From NCBI GenBank assembly GCA_046761065.1, contig JBHIFL010000020.1, positions 1 to 52,853 of the forward strand: a stretch of 52,853 nt of DNA, in the 5' to 3' direction. Shown one piece after another: positions 11,156 to 21,249 of this stretch. The first letter of the stretch is position 1, and each line of letters begins with the position of its first letter. The notes beneath the pieces were generated by a model, which did no database searches, was not told where the DNA came from, and saw only the letters and a list, made by a program, of their open reading frames with translations. Made by a program: the position numbers and the translations under genes. The stretch comes from Candidatus Heimdallarchaeota archaeon. Its GTDB lineage: Archaea > Asgardarchaeota > Wukongarchaeia > Wukongarchaeales > JBHIFL01.

Positions 11156-11460
11156 TGACTATCAGCATCCGCACTAAGTTAAGTTGGTTTGTTTTTATGT
11201 TGTTTCTTTAATCTGCTTTTTGAGTGTTCGGTTTAGTTCTGATAAAGAATAAAATTAGAAAAACATAAGGAATCAAGATCTAAAAATCAAGAAAACATTA
11301 AATCTGTTACTGGAGCTCTTTTTTGGATTCATTACGATCCTGGAAGGAGTTAAAGTTTTTCTAGTCAATTTCAACTCTAATAACTAATAGAAAATACAAC
11401 GATAGATTTTTGTGGCAGAAAATTCTACATATTAAATAGCAAGCAGGAGTTGCGGCTAAA

Positions 11461-11847
11461 ATGGCTCCAAAAAGTAAGACTAGGAAAAAGAAAAAACAGA
11501 GAACCAAAAATAGTGAGCCGGATGGAAAGAACTCCATGACAGTTGAAGCGGAAGGAGCCTTGGGAGGGGAAAAGCTTCTAAGCAATTATAATACACTGAT
11601 AACAAGTGAGATCACTTGGGATACGTTTGGAGGAGTTCCTTGCTTTACATGCATTAATCTGAAAAAATGTGGTGTAAGACAGCCGATAAGCCCAGTTTCT
11701 TGTCCATCAATTAATTCATGGCTTGAGTGTGAGAACATCCCACTAAAAGAAAGCCAACTAAGACCACAAACATTTGATCTAAAAACAGTTAGTAGAAGAA
11801 ATACTAAATTGGAAAGAGTTACCTCATTAAAACAAAATTCAAATTGA
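11461..11847 (+). CDS. Protein with TFE-beta/RPC6(C34)-type C-terminal 4Fe-4S domain
   Basis: PCFTCINLKKCGVRQPISPVSCPSINSWL fits the PCxxC-x5-C...SPxxC...WL cluster motif of RPC39/TFE-beta. Confidence 0.7.
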   Translation: MAPKSKTRKKKKQRTKNSEPDGKNSMTVEAEGALGGEKLLSNYNTLITSEITWDTFGGVPCFTCINLKKCGVRQPISPVSCPSINSWLECENIPLKESQLRPQTFDLKTVSRRNTKLERVTSLKQNSN

Positions 11848-11907
11848 TCCTTACAATTTTTTTGAGCCTTTTTGCAACTGATTATGAAAGGATAGTATGC
11901 AAAGCCG

Positions 11908-12507
11908 GTGAAGGTTTTGCGGAAAAAAGAAACGAGACATGATTTTTTTTATAAAAAAGCAAAACGGGAAAGATACAAGAGTCGAGCCGTCTACAAACTG
12001 GAAGAGATCCACCGCAGATTTCAGATCTTCAAAAGAGGGATGAAGATTGTAGATCTGTGTGCGGCTCCCGGAGGGTGGAGTCAGTTTGCATACCAAAAGG
12101 TAGGAGCAGAAGGGAGAGTCATTGCAGTGGATCTCCAACCAATAAACCTCCCAGAGGTGATATCGGTGGTCGGGGATATAACGAAGGAAGAGACTATTCT
12201 TAAGATTGAAGAACTAGTTCAAGGAGAGCTGGATGTCTTACTAGCAGATTGTAGTCCAAATGTTTCAGGACACTGGGGGACGGATCACGTGCGGCAGATC
12301 TTTTTAGCAGAAAAAGGCCTAGAAATAGCGACTCGACTCCTATCAAAGAATGGGGTGTTTATTTGTAAAATGTTTCAAGGTGATTTATCAAAGGAATTTA
12401 TACACACAGTTCAAGAAAAATTTAAGAAGATTCGAACCATTAAACCGAAAGCAAGCCGGAAACAAAGTGCAGAAATGTATCTCATAGCGAGAGAACGACA
12501 AAGGTAA
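11908..12507 (+). CDS. rlmE: 23S rRNA 2'-O-ribose methyltransferase RlmE/FtsJ
   Basis: YKSRAVYKL, VDLCAAPGGWSQ, DCSPNVSG, KPKASRKQSAEMY. Confidence 0.95.
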   Translation: MKVLRKKETRHDFFYKKAKRERYKSRAVYKLEEIHRRFQIFKRGMKIVDLCAAPGGWSQFAYQKVGAEGRVIAVDLQPINLPEVISVVGDITKEETILKIEELVQGELDVLLADCSPNVSGHWGTDHVRQIFLAEKGLEIATRLLSKNGVFICKMFQGDLSKEFIHTVQEKFKKIRTIKPKASRKQSAEMYLIARERQR

Positions 12508-12530
12508 AGGATGGAGGTTAGAGAAAAAGG

Positions 12531-13727
12531 TTGGAGTACCCTATTTCCATTATTAGAGAGGGAAGAGCAACAATTATGATCCCTGATCTAGCAAAACATC
12601 TTGGCCAGAAGGTACACCAAGTCAGTTCAAAAAAGTTGCCTGTGTTTTATAATCCACGTATGGAGTTTAACCGCGACCTTTCAGTTGTTGTGTTAAATAC
12701 CTATACACAAAATAGGAAAGAGGGAATTAGAATCAGCGAACCCCTTACAGGAACCGGGATTAGAGGGATTCGGTATGCATTAGAGGTCTCCAAGGTTAAA
12801 CAGGTCATAATCGGGGATCAAGATCGTACTTCAGTCGAGCTGGCAAAAAAGAATATAACCATGAACAATGTAGACGATAAAGTGAGCATCAAACACATCG
12901 ACGCGAATTTACACCTCAGTTCGATCGCAATCGGAAAAAACCAAGTTGATGTAGTGGATTTAGATCCTTACGGGTCACCTGCACCGTTCTTGGATTCTGC
13001 AGCCCGTGCTGTTAACAAAAAAAACGGACTTCTGTGCATTACTGCGACAGATATGCCAGCTCTGGTAGGGATTAAAAAGAGAATCTGTATTCGGAAATAC
13101 GGAGCGGTTCCACTAAAAACAATGTATGCCCATGAGACCGCTTTACGGATTTTGATTGCCGCGTCAGTTCTGGCTATAACGCGACATGGCCATGGGACAC
13201 AGCCAATTCTTACCCATAGTACGGATCATTATGTAAGAATTTACTTGAAGATCCACCGAGGAAAAGAAAAGGCCAAACAGACGGTTTCTCGACTTGGATA
13301 TATATGCCATTGTGAGAGATGTTTTACAAGAAACATGATTACCTTGTCAGAACCAATGGGGAAAATGTGTCCAGAATGTGGAGGCCCACTCATGATCGGA
13401 GGCCCACTTTGGATAGATGAACTAGCTAATAAAAACTTTGTCAGAAAATGCATCAAAGAAGCAAAAAAACTTCCACTCGGAAAGATAAAGGATGTTCTCA
13501 AACTGCTCCACCGAATAGTTGGCGAACTTGAGATATCTCCAACATTTTTTGACATCCATATTCTGGCAAAAAGATTGAAGATAAGCTCTCCTCCATTGAG
13601 TGTTATTATATCTAATTTAAGAAGGCGGGGTTACCTTGCTGCACGAACCCATTTCAATAATACTGGAATCCGCACAAATGCGGCTGCAAGTGAAGTGATG
13701 GATATCCTCAAATCAGCCGTAGTATGA
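12531..13727 (+). CDS. trm1: tRNA (guanine26-N2,N2)-dimethyltransferase Trm1
   Basis: VFYNPRMEFNRDLSV, TGIRGIRY, DLDPYGSP, CITATD, zinc knuckle. Confidence 0.96.
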   Translation: MEYPISIIREGRATIMIPDLAKHLGQKVHQVSSKKLPVFYNPRMEFNRDLSVVVLNTYTQNRKEGIRISEPLTGTGIRGIRYALEVSKVKQVIIGDQDRTSVELAKKNITMNNVDDKVSIKHIDANLHLSSIAIGKNQVDVVDLDPYGSPAPFLDSAARAVNKKNGLLCITATDMPALVGIKKRICIRKYGAVPLKTMYAHETALRILIAASVLAITRHGHGTQPILTHSTDHYVRIYLKIHRGKEKAKQTVSRLGYICHCERCFTRNMITLSEPMGKMCPECGGPLMIGGPLWIDELANKNFVRKCIKEAKKLPLGKIKDVLKLLHRIVGELEISPTFFDIHILAKRLKISSPPLSVIISNLRRRGYLAARTHFNNTGIRTNAAASEVMDILKSAVV

Positions 13728-13729
13728 TG

Positions 13730-14302
13730 CTAGGGAGCCAATAAACTCAAAATTTTATTTTCTAAAATAGTACGTTCTTGTTCCCTGTTTTCTCGGGTGA
13801 TTTCGATGATAGTTGTGTCTCTCCGCTCTCGTACTTCAAGAAGGAATTTATGTTTTGATCGATAGTGAATAGAACCTAAAACGACTTTTTGAGTAGTAAG
13901 AAGATGCCGTACAATGTTTTGAAAGTTGAATGAAAACAGTTCCATTGGTCCAAGTTCATCAATAACCACGAAATCAACTTTCAAAGCTAAGGACTTTTTT
14001 AAAGATCCGACACCTATTGCTTCGAGATTCGCTAAACTGACACCATACTTACCAATTCGCGTCTTACTAGGTAACTCAATATGAGCGAGAACTCTTACAT
14101 CTCCGGATATCAAATCTTGAATAAAGAACCCTGTCCGGCTTCGTTTAGGTCGTATCTCAGTTGTTACGAACCCTCCGGCTTTGAATCCTTGAGATTCAAG
14201 TTCATTTTTAATATCAAGTAGAATAGTGGTCTTCCCACATCCAGGTGAGCCCGTGACGAGAAAGTTCTTGATTTTGGGATTCAATTTTCCCACATTACAC
14301 AC
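13730..14302 (-). CDS. Nucleoside triphosphatase, THEP1 family
   Basis: TGSPGCGKTT, GGFVTTEIR, RIGKYGV, VIDELGPMEL. Confidence 0.92.
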   Translation of the reverse strand: MCNVGKLNPKIKNFLVTGSPGCGKTTILLDIKNELESQGFKAGGFVTTEIRPKRSRTGFFIQDLISGDVRVLAHIELPSKTRIGKYGVSLANLEAIGVGSLKKSLALKVDFVVIDELGPMELFSFNFQNIVRHLLTTQKVVLGSIHYRSKHKFLLEVRERRDTTIIEITRENREQERTILENKILSLLAP

Positions 14303-14402
14303 ATTTTAGAGGATTATATGATTCCAATTGGAGTGGATTAAATATTTCTAGTCGTGAAGAAAAGAACTAAGTAAGAAGAGAATATTGATATAAGAAAAAG
14401 GG

Positions 14403-15404
14403 TCAGAAATTTCGGATAACCTTTGATTTCTTACGGATCTCTCTCAGGAGCGTTTTTCCTTCCTTTATCTTTTCAAGTTCTTGTATACTTAAAGTGGCAA
14501 CTCCTGGGAAGGGTTGTTCGATGGAATGATCTTCTGTGACATACAGGGGTTCAGAATGAGTAACAGCTGCTACACTTTTTACAGATTGAAGTCTTTTCCC
14601 ACTTTGTGTCTCATCACCTTTGTCGATCGCGGTCATTATATTTACAAATATCATTTCGGGAGGAGGTGATATCGAATCAAGGGCAAAAATGTCAAAAGGT
14701 GTAGTTTTGAGAAGGATAGGATCTAATCCTATTTCTTCGAATCGTTCATATACTTCTTTTTCGAGAGATTCAGGAAGATGCTCTTTTTCTAGCTTTTCGA
14801 CCTCTATATCCCACTTGAGAAAGTCAATTGCGGGAAATATAGGGATTTCTAAGACTTTTTCTAAGCGGATCGCCGTTTCAAGACTGGCATCCATTTCACC
14901 ACGCTCATAATCATAGATCGTTCGTCTACTAACACCAATCTCACGCGCTAATTCAGCCAACGAGAGATTACTTGCTTCTCTTACTGTACGAAGCAGCTCA
15001 CTATTCAACTTGACATAAAGACCTCCACGTGATGCGTAAATTAACGGAAATAATCCTTTAACAAGCAAGTCCCTTGCTGTTTGCAGGCTAACGGCAGGAA
15101 TCCCATGTCGTTTGTACACAACACCATCTTGGATTGCTTCATGGCGTCGACATCGTTGTCCCACAAGAAGTGGAGAAGCAGCAAGAAGTTTTGCAAGTAA
15201 TTTTAACTCGATTGCATGAAGTTTTTGTAAACTATCGATATTTACTAATATCTTAAGGAGAAAGAGTAGTTTTTGACGCCTAGCAGCTAGATCAAAGCAC
15301 GTAGATTTAATAGTACACCTAGATGAGACATTAAAATCTGTTTTTTGGAGAAGATCAATAATTTCTGCGACCAAGCGTGATCGCTCCGTTGAGCTTTCCT
15401 TCAT
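14403..15404 (-). CDS. Archaeal Cro/C1-type HTH regulator (COG1395-like)
   Basis: CFDLAARR...LKILVNID, RGGLYV, central HTH SLAELAREIGVSRRTIYDYE. Confidence 0.85.
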   Translation of the reverse strand: MKESSTERSRLVAEIIDLLQKTDFNVSSRCTIKSTCFDLAARRQKLLFLLKILVNIDSLQKLHAIELKLLAKLLAASPLLVGQRCRRHEAIQDGVVYKRHGIPAVSLQTARDLLVKGLFPLIYASRGGLYVKLNSELLRTVREASNLSLAELAREIGVSRRTIYDYERGEMDASLETAIRLEKVLEIPIFPAIDFLKWDIEVEKLEKEHLPESLEKEVYERFEEIGLDPILLKTTPFDIFALDSISPPPEMIFVNIMTAIDKGDETQSGKRLQSVKSVAAVTHSEPLYVTEDHSIEQPFPGVATLSIQELEKIKEGKTLLREIRKKSKVIRNF

Positions 15405-15617
15405 ATCTCATCACGTGCTGTTGATTACTTTGATGGACTAATATAAATGCATTATTGTAGTCATGTTAACTCACTCTCCTTATACGCATATGTAGTGGAA
15501 TCTCAGGCTAATATAGGTAAATAGGATAGAAGAGCCCTGTAGATGATGTTATCGGAAGATTTGATTGTGAATGAATAAAATAAGCTTGGATATTTCTATT
15601 ACCTAAGAAATACCTAT

Positions 15618-16190
15618 ATGGAACGCGATCTCTGCATGGAAGGTCTACATTACTTGAGAATGGTGTTAACTTTGCCAAAAAATGCCTTAGAAAATGATAA
15701 AGAGGAAAAAAATCAGTTTCTAGAAAGAATAGCTTATGAGTTGGCTAAAATGAGGAAAAATCATCTGGAAACTGACTTCAATCCTACAGAAGCCATCAAT
15801 AAGATCATAATGATTAATGGTACTCAAATCTATAAGAAGCATGCGAATGAGTATTTGACCCAAGCAAAGAAATGGCTCAAATCTGAATTGTACAATAATG
15901 CTGCCGTAGCGATAGCATGTGCAGCTTTTTGCAAGCTCGTTGTTGAGGGAATCCTAGAAGCTGTAAAGACTCTCACAAAGTTTTTAGAAGAAGTTAAACA
16001 GGGGAAAGATGAGATTCGGAGAAATTCTGTCTTGTTATCTGCAAAAGAGGCGTTAAAAGCGCTTATCACTCGAGATGAAGATCTTCTTCTTCAAGCGGAA
16101 TTAAGGGTTTTAGAGGCCCCGATCGCGGCAGAAGAAGATCGACTACTATTGTTGAGACTTATTGATCACATAAAAGCAAGATTTCTATGA
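15618..16190 (+). CDS. Hypothetical all-helical protein (TPR/SNAP-like repeats possible)
   Basis: 190-aa ORF of amphipathic helices; no recognised catalytic motif. Confidence 0.6.
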   Translation: MERDLCMEGLHYLRMVLTLPKNALENDKEEKNQFLERIAYELAKMRKNHLETDFNPTEAINKIIMINGTQIYKKHANEYLTQAKKWLKSELYNNAAVAIACAAFCKLVVEGILEAVKTLTKFLEEVKQGKDEIRRNSVLLSAKEALKALITRDEDLLLQAELRVLEAPIAAEEDRLLLLRLIDHIKARFL

Positions 16191-16268
16191 AATTCATATA
16201 AAAATTAAAGCTCTGGAAATATAATATTATACATAATTTTTTATTGCTGTTAAAAAAAGAGAGATCAG

Positions 16269-16658
16269 AGAAGTGATGAGTGGAAGGACGACTGCCGGGA
16301 GCCATGGTTCAGCTGTGGTGCCTGAGGAAACTCCGCCCACTATGAGAAACCCGGATACCGAAAGGTGTAAACCGAGAGGTTTGGCAACGGAATAGAAACG
16401 AAACGCCCGCCAGCAGATGGCGAGGATACGGCTGAGAGGCATTTTAATGCCTCAAGAAGACATGAACAATGTGTCGAGCAAACCCGTTGAGGACGCTGGT
16501 GGAAACGTTGAAACGACCGTCCCCGGGAGTGCAAGCTCAAATTGGTCTCTGGTGATTGCTCTTGAAGAGACGGGTAGAGCGCTTAGATTGATGTCGTCAG
16601 GGTCGAATGAATTGTTTGACCGAAACAAAAGGCGGGTTACTCCCCACACCTCACTTCT
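16269..16658 (+). ncRNA. rnpB: RNase P RNA (archaeal)
   Basis: GAGGAAACTCCGCCC (16324-16338) and AACAAAAGGCGGGTTA (16624-16639) form P4; terminal helix AGAAGTGA/TCACTTCT; AGAAAC, TGAAAC and GTGCAAG conserved regions. Confidence 0.96.
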
Positions 16659-16663
16659 TATTA

Positions 16664-17194
16664 TTATTTTCCCCGTAATCGCAAGAGGAACCTTTGTTGG
16701 ACCCTGATTAGCTGTTCACTTGTTTCTTGCGCAGAATAAGCTTCTAAAAGCTCTTTATTCAATGTTAAGAAATTTAAACCCCAATTAAAAAGTGCCATGA
16801 TTTGTTCAGCTTGAGTTTTTCTATTTAAAATATAAAGAGCTCCAGCAATCGCCTCAGCTGTACTCAGTTTTGTGGGTTTCCCATAATTCACAGGATTCGC
16901 TGCAATTAGATAAGGTAACGCCCTAGAAGTATCCCTATTATAGCTTAGAATCTTCTCAGCTTTGCTCCAAGAGCAGTCAAGGGCTACAATTCCACGCTTT
17001 TTAGCAAGGAGTTGATCCTCTCTACTCAAAGCTTTGGGGGTCTTTGGATTCAAGATGATCGCTCGACGAGGGATCCGCCTCAAATAATGGATTGGTTTTG
17101 CGAAACCTCTTCGAATAACTCTAAGCCCAGTACATTTTTTAGGATCACACTGCTGTGCATTGAAAATAAACACGGGATATGTGATGTTTGCCAT
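16664..17194 (-). CDS. tsr3: SSU rRNA aminocarboxypropyltransferase Tsr3
   Basis: QCDPKKCTG, LDCSW, RALPYLIAANPVNYGKPTKLSTAEA. Confidence 0.96.
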   Translation of the reverse strand: MANITYPVFIFNAQQCDPKKCTGLRVIRRGFAKPIHYLRRIPRRAIILNPKTPKALSREDQLLAKKRGIVALDCSWSKAEKILSYNRDTSRALPYLIAANPVNYGKPTKLSTAEAIAGALYILNRKTQAEQIMALFNWGLNFLTLNKELLEAYSAQETSEQLIRVQQRFLLRLRGK

Positions 17195-17286
17195 TTCATG
17201 TCTTGCCTTTCTATAATTTATTCAAGAAGTCGAAACAAGATTTTTTTCGTCTCGAATTTTTTGGTTTAACAATGTTTATAGTGATT

Positions 17287-18231
17287 TCACCTTGGTTCTT
17301 GCAGTACTTTTACCTCATTTTTGATAATCGCCGCATTAGGATCAATTTGTTCAATTAAGGAAGCCAACAAAAGAACGTTAGTATGATGCTTTTTAAGTAA
17401 AGCCTTGATCGAATCGGGAGTCGGGATATTTGCACTAAAAGCAAGGTTTATTGCTTCCCGAGCAGCTCCGGTGAGGAGATATTTTATTGTCACAGATGTA
17501 GGGATATAAATGCTGAATGATAAGTTTAGAGCATGATTATAAGCTTTTTGAAGATCTTGTTCTGTTTTTGTAAAATCAATCTCGAGATCTTTCTCTGTAA
17601 GGATGATCCCGGCATCATAAGCTGCGTAAAGTGTTAGTCCTATTTTGAAGGGCTCCATTTTGAGACGAGAGAGAACCACTGCAAGGATTCTTGAAATTTT
17701 TTCTCCTTGTCGTACAACTGTTGTGTCTTTTGTGATTCGTATCTGTCCTGCATCGATCCTCGTTGGGAGACCTACCGCACCAAACTCGCTTATGATAGGT
17801 CCTGGTTGAATTCCCGTATTCCCAGCAGGAACAACTACGTCTTCAGGAGCAATCATTCCTGATTTCGCGGGAGTAGGCACCTTATTATCTCTAAGAAATG
17901 CAGCTAAGCGGAATGGGTTTATATCAGTTAAGATTAAAGCGTTTGAGCCTTTAATTTCATCTTTTAGTAAGAGTAACTTCTTCGCTTTGGCCTTCTTAGC
18001 AGTAGCATCAAGAGCAAGGAGCTTGAGGGTATTCTTTGTCACTTTTATTTTCACCTTGCCTCTCAATTGCTTTCTTACCTTCTGGAGAATCTTTGAACTG
18101 ATTTGTTCCAGACGAACTAGACCTATCACCTGATGGGAAGTCAGGTCCATTACAAGTTCATTAACGATTTGTTGTTTATCCTCTGGAATTTCTTTTCGTT
18201 TGTAGAGGACTTCTTCTTTGGCGATTGACAT
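17287..18231 (-). CDS. rpl10: Ribosomal protein uL10 (P0)
   Basis: KVTKNTL, PAKSGMIAPEDVVVPAGNTG insertion domain; follows uL1. Confidence 0.95.
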   Translation of the reverse strand: MSIAKEEVLYKRKEIPEDKQQIVNELVMDLTSHQVIGLVRLEQISSKILQKVRKQLRGKVKIKVTKNTLKLLALDATAKKAKAKKLLLLKDEIKGSNALILTDINPFRLAAFLRDNKVPTPAKSGMIAPEDVVVPAGNTGIQPGPIISEFGAVGLPTRIDAGQIRITKDTTVVRQGEKISRILAVVLSRLKMEPFKIGLTLYAAYDAGIILTEKDLEIDFTKTEQDLQKAYNHALNLSFSIYIPTSVTIKYLLTGAAREAINLAFSANIPTPDSIKALLKKHHTNVLLLASLIEQIDPNAAIIKNEVKVLQEPR

Positions 18232-18275
18232 TCGATTTGGCCCCTGCCATATATCATTTGTAAGTATTGTCTCTA

Positions 18276-18923
18276 TTACCTTATCTTTATCGGTTTTCCC
18301 ATTGTTGTTTTTATGTAAACCGACCTAATGTTTTGTTCCCCTCTTTCAAACCTTTCTACAAGATTTTTTAACACAACATCAATGTTTGCATTGAGTTCCT
18401 CATCTTTCATGTCCACAGTTCCAACTCGAGTATGAATGGTTGGAGTTTTTCGTAAACGCAATCGAGTAGACCGTCGTAAATGAGTGATAATAGGTTCTAT
18501 GTCGGCGTTGGGAGGAATTGGTTTCGGCATTTTTCCACGTGGGCCTAGCATACGCCCAAGGAACCTACCAACAAGTGGCATCAAGGGAGCTGCGGCTATA
18601 AAGAAGTCAACTGTTTCTGTAATGTTTTTCAGCTTTTTTGGGTTACTTGCTAGCTTTTCGAGATCCTCTCGCCCGAATAACAGATCTGCTCCCGCTCGTT
18701 GAGCTCTGACTGCCAGATCACCCTCCGCAATGACACAAATTGCCACTTGTTTGCTGGTTGGATGTGGTAGACGAACTTCTAGGTCAAATCGGTTTTTGGG
18801 ATTAGTTAAATCCAAATCTTGTACATTTATGATCATATCTATGGATTCCAAGAAGTTTCTCTTGTGAGTACTCTCTCGTGCTTTCTTTACTGCTTCATTT
18901 ATCGCTTCTTCAGAAATTGCCAT
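18276..18923 (-). CDS. rpl1: Ribosomal protein uL1
   Basis: RNFLESID, LGRMLGPRGKMP, YIKTTMGKP. Confidence 0.98.
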   Translation of the reverse strand: MAISEEAINEAVKKARESTHKRNFLESIDMIINVQDLDLTNPKNRFDLEVRLPHPTSKQVAICVIAEGDLAVRAQRAGADLLFGREDLEKLASNPKKLKNITETVDFFIAAAPLMPLVGRFLGRMLGPRGKMPKPIPPNADIEPIITHLRRSTRLRLRKTPTIHTRVGTVDMKDEELNANIDVVLKNLVERFERGEQNIRSVYIKTTMGKPIKIR

Positions 18924-19233
18924 TGTTACTTCTCTCTTTCTTTTAGTTATAAGTAGTTCGAGGTCATAATGAAATAGAATAAGTCTTTTGTTCGATCCAT
19001 TTTAAAAATCTTTTATAGAAAAAGATGTATCTATCCATTGAATTCTGAATAATGAGCTTCAAATGAATATTAATTAGAACATAATATTTCCATTTTCTTT
19101 ATAGAGTTATTATTAAGAATTGTCACGAGATTATCAAAATCAGAGTGTTAAGTCTATATCTTTAGAGAAAGGAAAATGATAATAGCTATATTATCGTTAA
19201 GATGCTCTAAAATTTTAAAAATTGGACTTCATT

Positions 19234-19713
19234 TCATGAAATGGCATCGTCAAATTGACCTGTTTTGATCTGTGTTTGGATCTCTCGTGGATCAACTTCT
19301 TCAACTGTTACTCCTAAACTCACACAACTCCCAAGGATCTCTAGGCAGACGGCTTTCAGATCTTTGGCTAATGAACCCGAGAGTTTTGTTTTAGCAATGT
19401 TTAGTACTTGTTCAAAACTTATATTACCTATAATGGTCTTAGGAGTTTCTCCACTTCCTTTTTCGGCACCTAGCTCCTTTAGAATCAAAGAGGCAGTCGG
19501 TGGGATTCCTACTTCAATCTCAAAGGTTTTATCATCAGTATTCACTGTAACCTTGACGGGCACTCGCATGCCGCGAAACTCGTTTGTTTGTTCATTGATT
19601 GCTTCTACAATAGCCACAACATTGACTCCAAGAGGTCCTAGTTGTGGGCCCAATGGCGGCCCGGCTGTGGCTTTTCCTCCCTCTACCAATGCTTCAACAA
19701 CTTCATAACTCAC
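19234..19713 (-). CDS. rpl11: Ribosomal protein uL11
   Basis: GGKATAGPPLGPQLGPLG, GMRVPVKV, ILGSCVSLGV. Confidence 0.98.
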   Translation of the reverse strand: MSYEVVEALVEGGKATAGPPLGPQLGPLGVNVVAIVEAINEQTNEFRGMRVPVKVTVNTDDKTFEIEVGIPPTASLILKELGAEKGSGETPKTIIGNISFEQVLNIAKTKLSGSLAKDLKAVCLEILGSCVSLGVTVEEVDPREIQTQIKTGQFDDAIS

Positions 19714-20035
19714 ATTATTCTACCTTCTTTTATCCCAATATCTTGTTTCTTCTTTCTTACACGATTTGTTTCACATGTATTTTTTCCAGATAACATCACA
19801 GAAAGCCCACGGTTTCAGGCGGAGAGTGAGTGTATTAGCTTCACATATAATGTTATAAATTAATCGATTTGAGGTTATTTTTATTTTTTCAATTTATTAC
19901 TTGAAATACATATCAAATTATAGGTCTTTAGACCGGGGGAATGTTGAAACCAATATCGAAACATAAAAAGAAAATCAGAAAACATAATATCCGCACCTAC
20001 AAGAAAATTGAAATCCTGGATCAATTTGCTCCACT

Positions 20036-20464
20036 ATGTTAGAGAAGGAAAGTGATCCAATGCCAAAAAAGGATATAAATACCATTGTTTGTAAAAATAA
20101 AAGTTGTGAGCGTCCTTTTAGTAAACTAGAAATAAGTCCGACTAAAACTTGGAATTTAATTAGCCCTCTTCCAGATAAAGAGGGAAGGTTAACTATCACT
20201 ATAATGGGATCCTATCCCTGTCCGCATTGTGGAAAGAGCAATACAAGCATTGTAACTAAGTTTAAAGATGTCGAGGAGGGCGAAAAGAAATCAAAGCGAG
20301 AGCAACTCATCGAATTCTTGGGATCAGCAGATCAGGTGATCTTAGCTGAAATTGCCTTAAAATTTGGATTCTCTGAAGTAACTATCAAAAAAGCCGTAGA
20401 GACCCTGATTAGACAAGGACGAATTCGTGGGGAAATTGAAGATGATACATTTATCTCGCAATGA
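20036..20464 (+). CDS. Cren7-like zinc-binding domain fused to a C-terminal winged helix
   Basis: PTKTWNLISPLPDKEGRLTITIMGSYPCPHCG resembles Cren7-family chromatin proteins; tail IALKFGFSEVTIKKAVETLIRQGRIRGEI is wHTH/PCI-like. Confidence 0.6.
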   Translation: MLEKESDPMPKKDINTIVCKNKSCERPFSKLEISPTKTWNLISPLPDKEGRLTITIMGSYPCPHCGKSNTSIVTKFKDVEEGEKKSKREQLIEFLGSADQVILAEIALKFGFSEVTIKKAVETLIRQGRIRGEIEDDTFISQ

Positions 20465-20530
20465 TGTACAAGCTCGCTTTCTATTAAAGACCTTTACTTT
20501 ACTTCGGTTGGATGTTCTTTGTATGAATAT

Positions 20531-21055
20531 TCAGAGAAAATCTTCCCGTGTCACCTTATCTTCCTGTTCTTCAAGGACAGGTTGAATACCCGTAGGTTTC
20601 ACATGATCGGCATGAGTGACGATGGGTATCGGCATTCCACTATCCAACAACTCAACAGTTACTTCCTGACGACCCGCCTGAATAGCCGTGATTTTTGCTT
20701 TCGAGCCTTTAAATGGACCTGAGATAATCTCAACAATCATCCCGATGTTGAGCGTTTCGATAACAGATTTGGGAACTAAATGTGTTTCTAGTTCAGAGAG
20801 ACCCACTGTTCCTGCAATCCTCCCGCGGATGTGAGAAATGCCCCCTATTACTTCATCCACGAGTTGAGGATGGGGGGCTTCAACAAAAATGTAGCCTTTC
20901 AGTTGATCTGGGATTAAAATAGCTTTAAGATCAATTCTTTTAGAATTTGCTCGCGCTTCGATCAATCGTGCAACATTTTGTTCTTGACCAATTGTAGTGC
21001 GAATTACAAAGATCCGCGTTTGTATTAATGTTTCCTCTTCAGTTCCAGACATCAC
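20531..21055 (-). CDS. spt5: Transcription elongation factor Spt5
   Basis: NGN domain (RTTIGQE, LKGYIFVEA) plus KOW (VEIISGPFKG). Confidence 0.97.
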   Translation of the reverse strand: MMSGTEEETLIQTRIFVIRTTIGQEQNVARLIEARANSKRIDLKAILIPDQLKGYIFVEAPHPQLVDEVIGGISHIRGRIAGTVGLSELETHLVPKSVIETLNIGMIVEIISGPFKGSKAKITAIQAGRQEVTVELLDSGMPIPIVTHADHVKPTGIQPVLEEQEDKVTREDFL

Positions 21056-21078
21056 TTACAACTCCTTTAGGGTTCCTT

Positions 21079-21249
21079 CTACGCCAAAATTGAAGTCACC
21101 CAAGAAAAGATGATTTGGATAAGATATCCAATGAACCCAATCAACAAGATTCCTATAGCAATTAACTTAATAGTTAGCCATAACTCAGTCCGAGCTGGCT
21201 TTTTTGCGGATCTTATGACCCTTTTCGCACTTCGAATAAACGAGGACAT
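21079..21249 (-). CDS. secE: Protein translocase SecE/Sec61-gamma (56 aa; not in ORF track)
   Basis: Manual translation MSSFIRSAKRVIRSAKKPARTELWLTIKLIAIGILLIGFIGYLIQIIFSWVTSILA; canonical position upstream of spt5. Confidence 0.92.
   Translation of the reverse strand: MSSFIRSAKRVIRSAKKPARTELWLTIKLIAIGILLIGFIGYLIQIIFSWVTSILA

Noticed and set aside
16227-16707. Four short ORFs on both strands
   Set aside because: They overlap the RNase P RNA gene and are spurious
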